A stretch of DNA of 62,837 bases from an archaeon (GTDB lineage: Archaea; Nanobdellota; Nanobdellia; SCGC-AAA011-G17; GW2011-AR17), in the NCBI GenBank assembly GCA_018653605.1, contig JABHYY010000004.1, positions 1 to 62,837 on the forward strand. Reading direction: 5' to 3'. Below the pieces are notes generated by a model. That model saw nothing but the letters and a program-made list of their open reading frames with translations. It was not told where the DNA came from and did no database searches. Made by a program: the position numbers and the translations under genes. Of this stretch, positions 19,830 through 30,027 are shown in pieces (the first letter of the stretch is position 1; each line of letters begins with the position of its first letter).

Positions 19830-20464
19830 TATTCTACAACAATACCCCAATCATCTTTGATTTCTGGTTTAGTCTCAATCCTCTTTTGCAATCTCTTTTC
19901 CCTTCTTGCCTCTTTTCTATTTTCTTTCTCTTCCTCTTTCATCTCTTCAAATGAATGTTTTTCTAAAGCAATTTCTTTTGTTTCTTGCAATTTTTCCTTA
20001 AGAGTATCTTCAACAACATCAAAATAATCATAAAAAGTTGGTGTTAATTTTAACAGCCTGGTTCTACCTTTTTTTTCAGAACCAAGAAAACCCTTTTCTT
20101 TCAAAGCCTTAATATGGTCATAAGCAGTATTCCCTCTCATCTTAATAATATCTGATTGTAGAATAGGTTGTTTGTAAGCAATAATTGCTAATGTTGCTTG
20201 TGTTGGAGCATCTAATTCAGTCCCAGCCGCCAAATCAGTAGTCAAATAATTATAATTTTTTCTTATATTCAGTTTAAATTTACCATTTTCTTCAAAAATA
20301 TCTAGCCCAGACTCCTTACTTTCATAATATCCCTTAAGCCCTTTCAAGGCATCTTTAACAATACCCACACTACCCAAATTACAAAAATTAGCAATTTCCT
20401 CATAACTCATGAATTTACCAGTAATGAACAGTACAGCCTCTACCTTATTTTTTATATCTTGCAT
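19829..20464 (-). CDS. scpB: SMC-Scp complex subunit ScpB
   Basis: VEAVLF, TLAIIAYKQPI.Q..I...RG, T..F..YF. Confidence 0.92.
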   Translation of the reverse strand: MQDIKNKVEAVLFITGKFMSYEEIANFCNLGSVGIVKDALKGLKGYYESKESGLDIFEENGKFKLNIRKNYNYLTTDLAAGTELDAPTQATLAIIAYKQPILQSDIIKMRGNTAYDHIKALKEKGFLGSEKKGRTRLLKLTPTFYDYFDVVEDTLKEKLQETKEIALEKHSFEEMKEEEKENRKEARREKRLQKRIETKPEIKDDWGIVVE

Positions 20465-20517
20465 GTTAGATAATTAAAAGGAGATTTGTTTAAAAATATT
20501 GTGCTTTTCTTTATAAA

Positions 20518-21363
20518 TCAATGTTTATAGACCTCTCTATCAAGGTAATTTTTCATTACTTTTTCACTACAGAAGAATATCTTAGCTGGCAATTTTTCAA
20601 AACTAAACCATTGCCACTCAGTTATTTCATCAGGTTCCATAACCTGTGGTTCACCATCAAAATGATAACATAAAAATCCAGCTGTTACAAAATGTGCATC
20701 ATGAACTCTATCATTTGTAAAACTAATTAATCTTAAATTCTCTTTATCCACTTTAATCCCTGTTTCTTCAAGCACTTCTCTATAAGCACCATCTTCAAAA
20801 CTCTCACCAAAGTGTAACTTGCCACCAGGCATTGTCCAAGTACCTTCACCATGTAAATCACTATCAGCCTTTTCAGCAACATCATGCCTTTTACCCAAAA
20901 GCACTCTCCCTTCTTTCAACAACATAACACCAAATCCAGCACCAACTCTTTTATCTTCCTTTAATGCTAACTTAGCTTCTTTCTTTATACCTTGTATTAA
21001 ATCTAAACTATCTAACTCTTCCACTCCAACCCATTTAAACTCTTCAAAATCTCTTTGGTCCAATACAACATTAAAACTTTTGGCTTTAACTAAAAATGAA
21101 GCACCAACAACATTATGCCCATCAGGCCTTACAAAAGTAAAATCCTCTAAATACTTTTTCCAATCTTCAATTTCCAATCCAACCTCTTCATAAACCTCTC
21201 TTTTCAAAGCTTCAAGAATAGTTTGTCCTCTCTCAACCTTGCCTCCAGGAACAGTCCACTTTCCAGGAAACGCAATTTCATCATTTCTCCTTTTTACAAC
21301 TAAAATTTTATCCTTGTCTTTAATAAAAGCAGTCACTGCAACAATATGTTTTTTATCTTCCAT
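20518..21363 (-). CDS. Tandem double-Nudix hydrolase
   Basis: Two Nudix boxes: PGGKVERGQ...REVYEEVG and PGGKLHFGE...REVLEETG. Confidence 0.9.
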   Translation of the reverse strand: MEDKKHIVAVTAFIKDKDKILVVKRRNDEIAFPGKWTVPGGKVERGQTILEALKREVYEEVGLEIEDWKKYLEDFTFVRPDGHNVVGASFLVKAKSFNVVLDQRDFEEFKWVGVEELDSLDLIQGIKKEAKLALKEDKRVGAGFGVMLLKEGRVLLGKRHDVAEKADSDLHGEGTWTMPGGKLHFGESFEDGAYREVLEETGIKVDKENLRLISFTNDRVHDAHFVTAGFLCYHFDGEPQVMEPDEITEWQWFSFEKLPAKIFFCSEKVMKNYLDREVYKH

Positions 21364-21399
21364 TAAATAAAGAATAATTTAGAATTATTTAAAGATATA

Positions 21400-22890
21400 T
21401 TAACTCAAAGCAAACCTTAACAGAGCACCAACCTTGCCCAAATCTCTTAACTGCTTCCCTTCAGAAGTATCAGTAGAAATAACTTGCAATTCACAACCAG
21501 TTTCTTCACACTTTTCCTCAAGCATATCCATGGTTTCCTCATCCAAATCCTCAGAAGCCAACAAAATTTCAACAGCACCAAACTCTAAAGCTTTCTTAAC
21601 CTCATCGAGACCATAAGAAATTTTCTCAGGTTCAACAGACAACATTTTCAAAAACCTTTCCATCAATTTTCTCTCTTGTGCAATAGCTTCATCAGCAAGA
21701 ACATCTTGGCTTTTTTCAACTAGCTCCTTCAAACCAAACTCTCCAGTATAACTTAAATCTTGAATAGAAATAATTTTCCTTTTCAGTTGATCATTCAAAT
21801 AACCTCTATCAATAAACATTTCTTTATACTGTCCTGGCCCACCAATCAAAATTCCTTTCAACTCTTTAATAGTCAAAAAAGCTTTTTGTGCACTATCATT
21901 CACCCTGTTAAAAAATTCTTTTGTAGCTTCTTCTCTAATCCTTGCAAACCTCTGTGCAGAATTATGTACAACAACACCTTCAGCAACAAAATTTTTACTT
22001 TCAACTTCAATATCAATAAGTGTAACTGGTTTATCTTCAGATTTCACATCATTAATTGTGACAGGAGCACCCTTTGCATTCAAAAGATCCATACCAACCT
22101 CCAACTCAGAAGCAGCCTTTTCAGTTCCATCAACTAAAAAGAAAACATGGTCAGCAGAACATTTTATTTCTTCTTCAGCATAACTAATTCTATACAATTT
22201 ATCTTTAACACTTTCCCATGTTTTTACAACTTTAGAAACAATAAATTCTCTCTTTTCAAAATCAAAACTTTTAACTTCATCTCCTTCTTCAATATCACAT
22301 AACATAACAAACTGTCCATCAGCCATTTCAATAGAGGTTTCAGCATCTAAACACTGTCCTCCTGCTTTAGTTTTACCTGGAACAGCAGAACGCATAGAAT
22401 TCAACTCTTCAATTTGAGTACCTTTCAAAAAACCAACAGATGCATCTCTTCTATCCATAACAATTAAACCATAAGTTTCTGAAACATCCATCATCCCTTT
22501 GATAATTTCCAAAACAAAACTTTGGTCACAACGATAAATCCTTGTATTCAAAGGAGTAGGTGGTTCAAAACTATACACTTGAATATCAACTTTCCCCTCT
22601 TTATCAGAAACATTCCCTGAAAAAACAGCCAAACCATTTTTTGGAGTTGCCTTAAACAATTTAAGGTGCCTAATCATTCTTTCTAAAGAATCAATAACAT
22701 GCTTTTGTGTAGTTTTATCTTTAATATTTGTAGCAGTACCTTGCTCTTGCATCAAATGATTAATAATCTTAACAATATCATATCCAGCTGGAATATAAAC
22801 ACTAACTAACTCAGTGTGCCTTCCTCTAACTTTCTCTAACTTCCTTACAAATTTTTTCAGCTTTTGTTTTTCTTTTGTGGATATAGCCAT
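21400..22890 (-). CDS. prf1: Peptide chain release factor aRF1, intein-containing
   Basis: TELVSVYIP, NIK, YRCD..F, GGQ|SAQRF interrupted by intein, GALLRF end. Confidence 0.95.
   Translation of the reverse strand: MAISTKEKQKLKKFVRKLEKVRGRHTELVSVYIPAGYDIVKIINHLMQEQGTATNIKDKTTQKHVIDSLERMIRHLKLFKATPKNGLAVFSGNVSDKEGKVDIQVYSFEPPTPLNTRIYRCDQSFVLEIIKGMMDVSETYGLIVMDRRDASVGFLKGTQIEELNSMRSAVPGKTKAGGQCLDAETSIEMADGQFVMLCDIEEGDEVKSFDFEKREFIVSKVVKTWESVKDKLYRISYAEEEIKCSADHVFFLVDGTEKAASELEVGMDLLNAKGAPVTINDVKSEDKPVTLIDIEVESKNFVAEGVVVHNSAQRFARIREEATKEFFNRVNDSAQKAFLTIKELKGILIGGPGQYKEMFIDRGYLNDQLKRKIISIQDLSYTGEFGLKELVEKSQDVLADEAIAQERKLMERFLKMLSVEPEKISYGLDEVKKALEFGAVEILLASEDLDEETMDMLEEKCEETGCELQVISTDTSEGKQLRDLGKVGALLRFALS
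21961..22353 (-). other. 131-aa mini-intein (Hint only, no homing endonuclease) in aRF1
   Basis: Cys1 CLDAET, block B SADH, block F DIEV..NF.A.G, HN|S junction. Confidence 0.95.
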
Positions 22891-22929
22891 TATTATCTCC
22901 TTATATTAACAAACTTTTAAGCTTTGTTG

Positions 22930-25305
22930 TTACAAAACGATCTTCAATTTTTCACCAAAGCTAATTTTTTCAGCTTTAGTTACAGCTTTAAGATCATCAA
23001 TAAAACCTTTAACCTCATCCTCTTTCATATCAAGGATAATCTCTTTAACAGGTTCTTTTAATGAAACTTTCTTCTCAGACTTAATCTTTCTCACTTGAGA
23101 AATAACTTCAACTAACTTATCACCAGTCTTTTCTAATTTTTCATCAACTAATTTAGAATCATGCTTTGGCCAAGAACTAATATGTATAGACTTGTCTTTT
23201 TCAATATTTTTGAAATATAATTGGTAAATCTCTTCTGTGATAAAAGGTGTAATTGGTGCCATCATTTTTAATACAGATAATAATGAATTGTAGAGTGCAT
23301 ATTGTGCACTTTTTTTGCCTTCTTCTCCTCTCTTATCTGGATTATACAACCTATCTTTAGAAATTTCTAAATAATTATCACAAAAATCATGCCAAAAGAA
23401 GTTTTCAGTTTCACTTTTACATTTAGAATATTCATACTGTTCAAAATTAGTTGTGCTCACTTTGATAACTTTTTGAAGTTTTGATAATAACCAAGAATCA
23501 AAAGCATCTAACTTAGCCTTTTTACCATCATATCCCTCCAGATGCATAATACCAAACTTTGAAGCATTCCATAATTTTGTAACAAATTTCTGACCAGTTA
23601 AAACATCCTTTTCTTGATAAGAAAGATCTTCACCTAATTTAGCAGTAGCTGACCAAAACCTAAACGCATCAGCACTATACTTTGAAATAACATCTTGTGC
23701 AACAACAAAATTATTTTTACTTTTAGACATTTTTTTACCTTTTGGATCAAGACCATGTCCAGAAATCATAACATCTGTCCAAGGAATATTATTGTGATGA
23801 TAATATGATTTAACAATTGTATAAAATGCCCAAGTCCTAATAATGTCATGAGCTTGTGGTCTCAAGGACATTGGCAAAATCCCTTTATCTTTTCCTCCCC
23901 AATCTTCATTAATTTCAGGAGTACAAGAAGAAGTCATCCAAGTATCTAAAACATCTTCCTCTGGAATAATATCATTTGATCCACATTTACATTTTCCTTT
24001 ATATTTTTGCTCCATTGGATCAACTGGCAAGTCTTTTTCATCAGCTAAAAGAACTTCACCACATTTTTTACAGTACCATATAGGGAATGGAACTCCATAA
24101 TATCTTTGCCTAGAAATTCCCCAATTCCATTGTAAGTTTTTAACCCAATGCTCATAACGAACTTTCATATGTGCTGGATACCAATTAGTTTTATTTGCAA
24201 TTTCAATTAATTCTTTTTTCTTATCTAGAACTTTAATTTGCCACTGTGGCTTTTGTAAAAATTCAATCTCAGTACCACACCTTTCGTGAACATTTACAGC
24301 ATGACTTATATCTTTTTGTCCAGTTAATAATTTATTCTCTTTAAGATCATTAATAATTTCTTTTCTTGCTTCTTTTGCTTTCATCCCTTCATACTTCCCA
24401 GCCAACTTATTCAATTTTCCATCCTCAGCAAGAACAACTCTAGTTTCCAGTTTATGTTTTAACCATTTTTCAACATCTTCTTTATCACCAAAAGTACAAA
24501 CCATCATCAATCCAGTACCTTTATCTAATTCTACAGCTTCATCACTCAAAATAGGAACTTCATAATCAAACAAAGGAACTTTAGCCTTCTTACCTTTCAA
24601 TTTTTTATACCTTTTATCATCAGGATGGAAAAATAATCCAACACAAGCTGGAACTAATTCGGGTCTTGTAGTAGAAATGACCAAATCCTGATCTCCACAT
24701 TTGAAAATAATATCATTAAAAGCAGAATTCAAATCAGAACTTTCCAAATCAGCTTGAGCAATAGTTGTTTGACAATGCACACACCAAAGAGTAGGCATAT
24801 CCGTTCTTTCTAACCTATCTTTTTTATACAAATCAATAAAAGACTTTTGAGCAACTCTTCTAGCTCTATCACCAATTGTATGATATAATAAACTCCAATC
24901 AATTGAAAATCCTAGCCTTGTAAACAAATCATAGTAAGTTTTACCTGTTTTTTCAGTCTCTTTTAAACATAATTTAATAAATTCACTTTTAGTAATTTTA
25001 GATTTGTCAACCTTATGTTTTGTTTCAACAAACCTTTCAGTAGGCAAACCATTATCATCATAACCCATTGGAAAGAAAACTTCTCTTCCAAGCATTCTTT
25101 GAAACCTTGCAACAAATTCAAACTGAGAATAATGCATTCCATGGCCAACATGCAAATGGTCTGCTGAAGCATAAGGTGGTGGTGTGTCAATTGAGTAAAC
25201 TTTCTTTTTAGAATTAGGATTATATTGGAATATTTTATTCTCTAACCAATACTTCTGCCATTTTTCCTCTTGTACTTGAGCATCATACTTTTTAGGTAGT
25301 TCCAT
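22930..25305 (-). CDS. valS: Valine--tRNA ligase
   Basis: IDTPPP, HVGH, TTRPEL, ISRQRYYG, DIIRTW, KMSKS. Confidence 0.95.
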   Translation of the reverse strand: MELPKKYDAQVQEEKWQKYWLENKIFQYNPNSKKKVYSIDTPPPYASADHLHVGHGMHYSQFEFVARFQRMLGREVFFPMGYDDNGLPTERFVETKHKVDKSKITKSEFIKLCLKETEKTGKTYYDLFTRLGFSIDWSLLYHTIGDRARRVAQKSFIDLYKKDRLERTDMPTLWCVHCQTTIAQADLESSDLNSAFNDIIFKCGDQDLVISTTRPELVPACVGLFFHPDDKRYKKLKGKKAKVPLFDYEVPILSDEAVELDKGTGLMMVCTFGDKEDVEKWLKHKLETRVVLAEDGKLNKLAGKYEGMKAKEARKEIINDLKENKLLTGQKDISHAVNVHERCGTEIEFLQKPQWQIKVLDKKKELIEIANKTNWYPAHMKVRYEHWVKNLQWNWGISRQRYYGVPFPIWYCKKCGEVLLADEKDLPVDPMEQKYKGKCKCGSNDIIPEEDVLDTWMTSSCTPEINEDWGGKDKGILPMSLRPQAHDIIRTWAFYTIVKSYYHHNNIPWTDVMISGHGLDPKGKKMSKSKNNFVVAQDVISKYSADAFRFWSATAKLGEDLSYQEKDVLTGQKFVTKLWNASKFGIMHLEGYDGKKAKLDAFDSWLLSKLQKVIKVSTTNFEQYEYSKCKSETENFFWHDFCDNYLEISKDRLYNPDKRGEEGKKSAQYALYNSLLSVLKMMAPITPFITEEIYQLYFKNIEKDKSIHISSWPKHDSKLVDEKLEKTGDKLVEVISQVRKIKSEKKVSLKEPVKEIILDMKEDEVKGFIDDLKAVTKAEKISFGEKLKIVL

Positions 25306-25402
25306 ACACTCCGAAGAAATTATATAAATTTAAAAGCTTTTCTAAAGACGCAACTTATATATACAATAAAAGCCTACAAATAGGCAAAAGGGGGTTATTT
25401 AA

Positions 25403-28400
25403 ATGAAAAAATTATTAACTATTCTACTAATTTTATTAGTAATACCATCAGTCGCAGGACAAACAGTTGAGGAAGAAATTGACGACCTAGTCAATTATGC
25501 CGAACAATATGAAATGGGCAACATTGATTATTTTGAACTTAGTGTTCACTCTTCTATCATAAGATCCAACATTAATGAGTTGCTTGGTGAATACAGAATG
25601 GAAGAGCATGGTCCTGGTGGAATCACTGAAGAGGCTGCAATTCAATTCTTTGGAGCACCAAGAGAATATACAAGACACGCTTGGGATATGACTGAAGACA
25701 GAGAAACAACCCTTGACGAACCAGCCCCTTGGTTTGAAAAAATAATTTTTGATGGTAAAAGAATAAAAGTTTCATTTAATGCATGGCCCCATGTTTCTTC
25801 AAAAGATGGAGAACAAATCCTTTACTACTGGACTGATTTTAGACTAAATTTCAAAAAAGATTTCAATTTAAATATTAATGAAATGGTTTCTGAAGTACAA
25901 TCCTTATCAACCTCCTACCTTGAAGGATCAACTTCAGCAGGTCAGGTTGCAGAGAAACTAGAAGAATATGAACCTATCTTATGGGAATACATTGAAGAAA
26001 ATAGAGAAAACTGTAAAGAAACAGTGGGAAAACTCTTTTCAGATTCTGATAAACAATCCGAAGAAAAAAGAGCAAGATATTATATTAATATGTTTGAGAA
26101 TGACAATGGTGTTATATACATAACAATGGACACACCAGATTGTGATTCTAATTGTGAACACCAATGGATAAACTTTTGGCCAGAAGTTCGTATGAACATG
26201 GAAATGAAAATGGATGAAGGTGAAAATAAGGATTTTTATAATTGGGAAGATTTCCAAGGTTACTCTTATGATGAATTGCAATCAATGTTTAAAGATGCAC
26301 TCTCAAATGCAGAGTCTTCAGCAAATGCATTAGGTAATGGTGATGGTTCTTGGTCAAATTTTGACACTTCAATTTCTGAAATAAGAGCAATAACAGAAGC
26401 AATGTTTCAAGTAAAAGTTTGGAACAACCATGGTAATACTGAAGGTTATAATGAAATCCTAAACTTTATTGAAGGTGCAATAAACTCTTATGATGTTGAT
26501 AAAGAAACAATCACAGAATTAAGATATGAAAACAGGCTTGTTACAAACTCAGAAACAAACACCAATGCTTGGTGTAAAGATAGTGGTTGGTATGAATGTG
26601 AATGGGACAGTGTTTGTAGCGAAGGCAGTTGTGTAACAGCAATTGGTGGAGCAGAAGACTGTCAAAATGGATTGGATGATGATGGGGACACAGTTGCAGA
26701 TTGTGATGATCCAGACTGTGCAGTTGAATGTGGCAAAGCATGTGCACCAGTTTGTGAAGATGAATGCTGGCCTTGTCAAGGACAACAGTGTGAAAGTGTT
26801 TGTAAGAACGACTGTTGGGAATGTGACTGGGAAACAGAAGATTGTGAATCAAGATGTGTAGAATGTAATTCTTGTGTGGACACAAATTGTAGGTCTCAAT
26901 CATTTTGTACTTCTTGTCAAGAATGTGAAACTAACCAAAAACCTAGGGAAGATTGTAATGCTGAATGTCAACCTTGTACAGAATGTATAGAAAACTATCC
27001 TCTTGAAGAAGCAGGTATGTGTGAAGCTGCATGTGAACCTTGTTCAGAATGTCAAAAACCAAAAAATTATGCTTGCCATGATAAATGTGAACAGATTTCA
27101 GAAAGTGGAAAAGTTCAAGCATGTCAAAAACTATGTGATGACAATGTAGATTTTTACTGTGGTGGTTCAAAACAAAAAGAACCATGCGATGATGTAACTT
27201 ATTTTTGTGATGGAAACCCTCAGGGATTCCCTTGTACAATTTACACTTGCCATGATGAAGAAGGTAACGAAAGAAAACAAACAGTTCTTTGTGGTGAAGA
27301 ACACCTTTGTGGAGAAAACCAACATGTAAAAGATGATATTTGTGTTTGTAAGGGTGGATGGAGTGACTGTGATGGTGATGGTTCTTGTGAATCAGAAGGT
27401 TCTTGTGGTGGAGAGGAATTAGAAATTTGTTATGACAATATTGACAACGATTTTGATTACTTAATTGACTGTCAAGATCTATCAGACTGTAGATTACAGA
27501 CTTGTGCTATAGATGAAAATAGAAATTGGCTATGTTATGAAGGTGAATGTACACCTGAAGATGAAATTGAAATGTGCGAAGAAAATCAAAAGATCATTGA
27601 TGGTGGATGTGTAAACGCTTGTGAAATTCAAGAAGACTGTGCAGAAGGTTTTGTTTGCCAGTATGGAGTGTGTACAGAATTAAATGCTTGTGAAACAGAC
27701 ATTGATTGTGAAGGTTACAATGAAATTTGTGAAGAAGGATTTTGTAAAGAAAAGATTGAAGAAGGTTGCGTAATCAATGAAGACTGTGGAGATGGTGAAA
27801 TTTGTCAAAACAATGTTTGTCTTTTTGTTGAATGTTCATCAGATAGTGAATGTACAAAAGAGGAAGTGTGTAGACACCAAGAGTGTGTTTCAATAGAATG
27901 TGATGCTTACACAGACTGCGTTGAAGGTTTCACTTGTGAAGATGGAGAATGTGTTTCAATAGAAGCAGAATGTACAGAAAATAAGGATTGTTTTGATCAC
28001 CAATATTGTGAAGACACTTACTGTGAAGAATTAATCTGTCAAGAAGGTACAGTTATGGGAAATCATGAATGTATTACATTAGGTGACTGTACAGTTGATC
28101 AGGATTGTTCAGCAGAAGAAATCTGTCAATCTAATTATTGTATCAAACCTGAAATAATTGAAAAGCCAGAAGAAACAGGAGAAGGTTGTACTTTAGCCTC
28201 AGACTGTGAAGGTGAGAGAGACATTTGTTCAAATGGAAAATGTAAAGAAATTCCAGAAGACAATTATAATGGTTTAGTTGATGAAGGCCTAATTGATGAT
28301 AACCAAGGTTCAGGTGATCTAGGCGAGTTTGATGAAAGTTACTTTGAAGAGCAAGAATATTATTCAGAAGGTTTTAATGAACAAGAATATTATGAAGAGG

Positions 28401-29992
28401 AATCTTATGAAGAGGAAGAGGAATACTCTGGAGAAGAAGAAAACTTTGACAACTATGAAGAGCCAGAAGTAAGCGGATTTTTTGCAAAGATAACAGGCTT
28501 TTTCTTAAGTGTAACAGGTAACTATGGTGGAGAAGAACAGGAGAGAACTTACTGTGAATCACAAGAAGATTGTGGACCTAATATGCACTGTGATGAAGGA
28601 GGTAACACTTGTTATTGTGAATATGGTTTCCATGACTGTGATGGTGATGGTACTGGCTCTGATTCAGATGGTTGTGAATCAGATGATTCAACCTGTGGTG
28701 GAGAAAGAGAAATTTGTCAAGGTGGCTGTGGTGAAAACCAATACTGTAGTGAAGATGCTGGTTGGTGTGAATGTACTGAAGGTTATTACAACTGTGATGG
28801 AACTTGGTGGGACTGTGAATCAACAACTCAATGTGAATCTTGTTCAGCAAATTCAGAATGTGCAGGAGCTCAATGTGACTTCAACAATCCTAGAGCTGTA
28901 ATTGAGTTTGGTTGCTTCCAAGGTTCTGGTTGGGAAGAAGAAAGAGGTGCCGTTTCATTTAGTGGTGGATGTGTACAACACACTGATGGACAAGTAGACT
29001 CTTACATAAACTTTGATACATGGGGAGATCCTTTTGACCAGATTAATTCTCAAAGAGAACATTCCAACAAAGGCTGGTGTGAATGGGAACTTGAAAATGG
29101 TTTAAAGCAAAGAGAAGAAATTGAAAGATCTTTTAATGAAGAATCATTAGAATGGTTCTTTGAAGATTTTGTAACTGAAAACCCTGATAGTTGGGATAAA
29201 CAAAGTAGTGCAATATATGATAGCTATTGGACAATTGTAGATAATACAAGAGAAATTGCAAGAGCTTCAGAATGTTTAGGAAAAGATTTCCCTGAATTCA
29301 ATCCTTTAGAAATTGAATACAAATCTCCAAATGGAAATGGAGAAATTAGAATTTGGGAAGAGTATGGTCATGCTGAGAGTAAAGAGTTTGAAATGGACAT
29401 CTACACACCATACATGCAAATTTGGATTTTCCCTCCTGAAGAATTCATAAAGGACGAATTCCAAAAAGCAATGGCTGAAGGTAGAATGCCTGGACCTGAT
29501 GGTGACGATGGTGGTCCAAGTCCTGAAGAATTAGCAGAAATGAGAAATGATCCTCAAACAATGGAAGAAATTAGAGACATGGTTGAACCATATGATGATG
29601 GGATATTAAATGTTTTAGTTAAAGTTACTGATGAAGATGAAGCAGTTTTCCAAATAAGTATGGAAGTTAGTGAAGAAAACTTAGTTGTTGTTAAACCTGT
29701 TGAAACATATACCTCAACAGCAGACATCACAACTGAAATAGACTTTGACTTTATGTACAGTTTAATCAGAACTGGTGAAAAACACATGGAGATTGAACAC
29801 CCTGAATGGGCAGAACCTGGATTAGATAATACTATTGAAGGTATCAAAACAGGGGCAGTAATGGGAACTAAAATTTCTTCAGGAATTGCAACTGGTAAGA
29901 TTAAAGTAAGCCCTATGTCTAAATTGCCAACTATGATGTCATTAATAGGAAAAATGTCTGGTGATGATGATGATCGTAGAGATGAGGAATAG
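25403..29992 (+). CDS. Giant secreted acidic Cys-rich repeat protein (1529 aa)
   Basis: Signal peptide; C.NG.DDD.D...DC.D.DC, CxxxC and CxxDxDC...C..GxC repeats. Confidence 0.85.
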   Translation: MKKLLTILLILLVIPSVAGQTVEEEIDDLVNYAEQYEMGNIDYFELSVHSSIIRSNINELLGEYRMEEHGPGGITEEAAIQFFGAPREYTRHAWDMTEDRETTLDEPAPWFEKIIFDGKRIKVSFNAWPHVSSKDGEQILYYWTDFRLNFKKDFNLNINEMVSEVQSLSTSYLEGSTSAGQVAEKLEEYEPILWEYIEENRENCKETVGKLFSDSDKQSEEKRARYYINMFENDNGVIYITMDTPDCDSNCEHQWINFWPEVRMNMEMKMDEGENKDFYNWEDFQGYSYDELQSMFKDALSNAESSANALGNGDGSWSNFDTSISEIRAITEAMFQVKVWNNHGNTEGYNEILNFIEGAINSYDVDKETITELRYENRLVTNSETNTNAWCKDSGWYECEWDSVCSEGSCVTAIGGAEDCQNGLDDDGDTVADCDDPDCAVECGKACAPVCEDECWPCQGQQCESVCKNDCWECDWETEDCESRCVECNSCVDTNCRSQSFCTSCQECETNQKPREDCNAECQPCTECIENYPLEEAGMCEAACEPCSECQKPKNYACHDKCEQISESGKVQACQKLCDDNVDFYCGGSKQKEPCDDVTYFCDGNPQGFPCTIYTCHDEEGNERKQTVLCGEEHLCGENQHVKDDICVCKGGWSDCDGDGSCESEGSCGGEELEICYDNIDNDFDYLIDCQDLSDCRLQTCAIDENRNWLCYEGECTPEDEIEMCEENQKIIDGGCVNACEIQEDCAEGFVCQYGVCTELNACETDIDCEGYNEICEEGFCKEKIEEGCVINEDCGDGEICQNNVCLFVECSSDSECTKEEVCRHQECVSIECDAYTDCVEGFTCEDGECVSIEAECTENKDCFDHQYCEDTYCEELICQEGTVMGNHECITLGDCTVDQDCSAEEICQSNYCIKPEIIEKPEETGEGCTLASDCEGERDICSNGKCKEIPEDNYNGLVDEGLIDDNQGSGDLGEFDESYFEEQEYYSEGFNEQEYYEEESYEEEEEYSGEEENFDNYEEPEVSGFFAKITGFFLSVTGNYGGEEQERTYCESQEDCGPNMHCDEGGNTCYCEYGFHDCDGDGTGSDSDGCESDDSTCGGEREICQGGCGENQYCSEDAGWCECTEGYYNCDGTWWDCESTTQCESCSANSECAGAQCDFNNPRAVIEFGCFQGSGWEEERGAVSFSGGCVQHTDGQVDSYINFDTWGDPFDQINSQREHSNKGWCEWELENGLKQREEIERSFNEESLEWFFEDFVTENPDSWDKQSSAIYDSYWTIVDNTREIARASECLGKDFPEFNPLEIEYKSPNGNGEIRIWEEYGHAESKEFEMDIYTPYMQIWIFPPEEFIKDEFQKAMAEGRMPGPDGDDGGPSPEELAEMRNDPQTMEEIRDMVEPYDDGILNVLVKVTDEDEAVFQISMEVSEENLVVVKPVETYTSTADITTEIDFDFMYSLIRTGEKHMEIEHPEWAEPGLDNTIEGIKTGAVMGTKISSGIATGKIKVSPMSKLPTMMSLIGKMSGDDDDRRDEE

Positions 29993-30027
29993 AAACCTTT
30001 AATAACTTTTTTTCTTTTATTTATTTT

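Noticed and set aside
22710-22740. aRF1 has TATNIKD rather than TASNIKS, recalling variant-code ciliate eRF1
   Set aside because: TAA, TAG and TGA all end confident genes here (e.g. trpS TGA, the GNAT gene TAG) and no conserved gene needs readthrough; no sign of recoding
26541-28901. His-rich antisense and alternative-frame ORFs
   Set aside because: Shadows of TGT/GAT/GAA-rich codons of the Cys-rich protein
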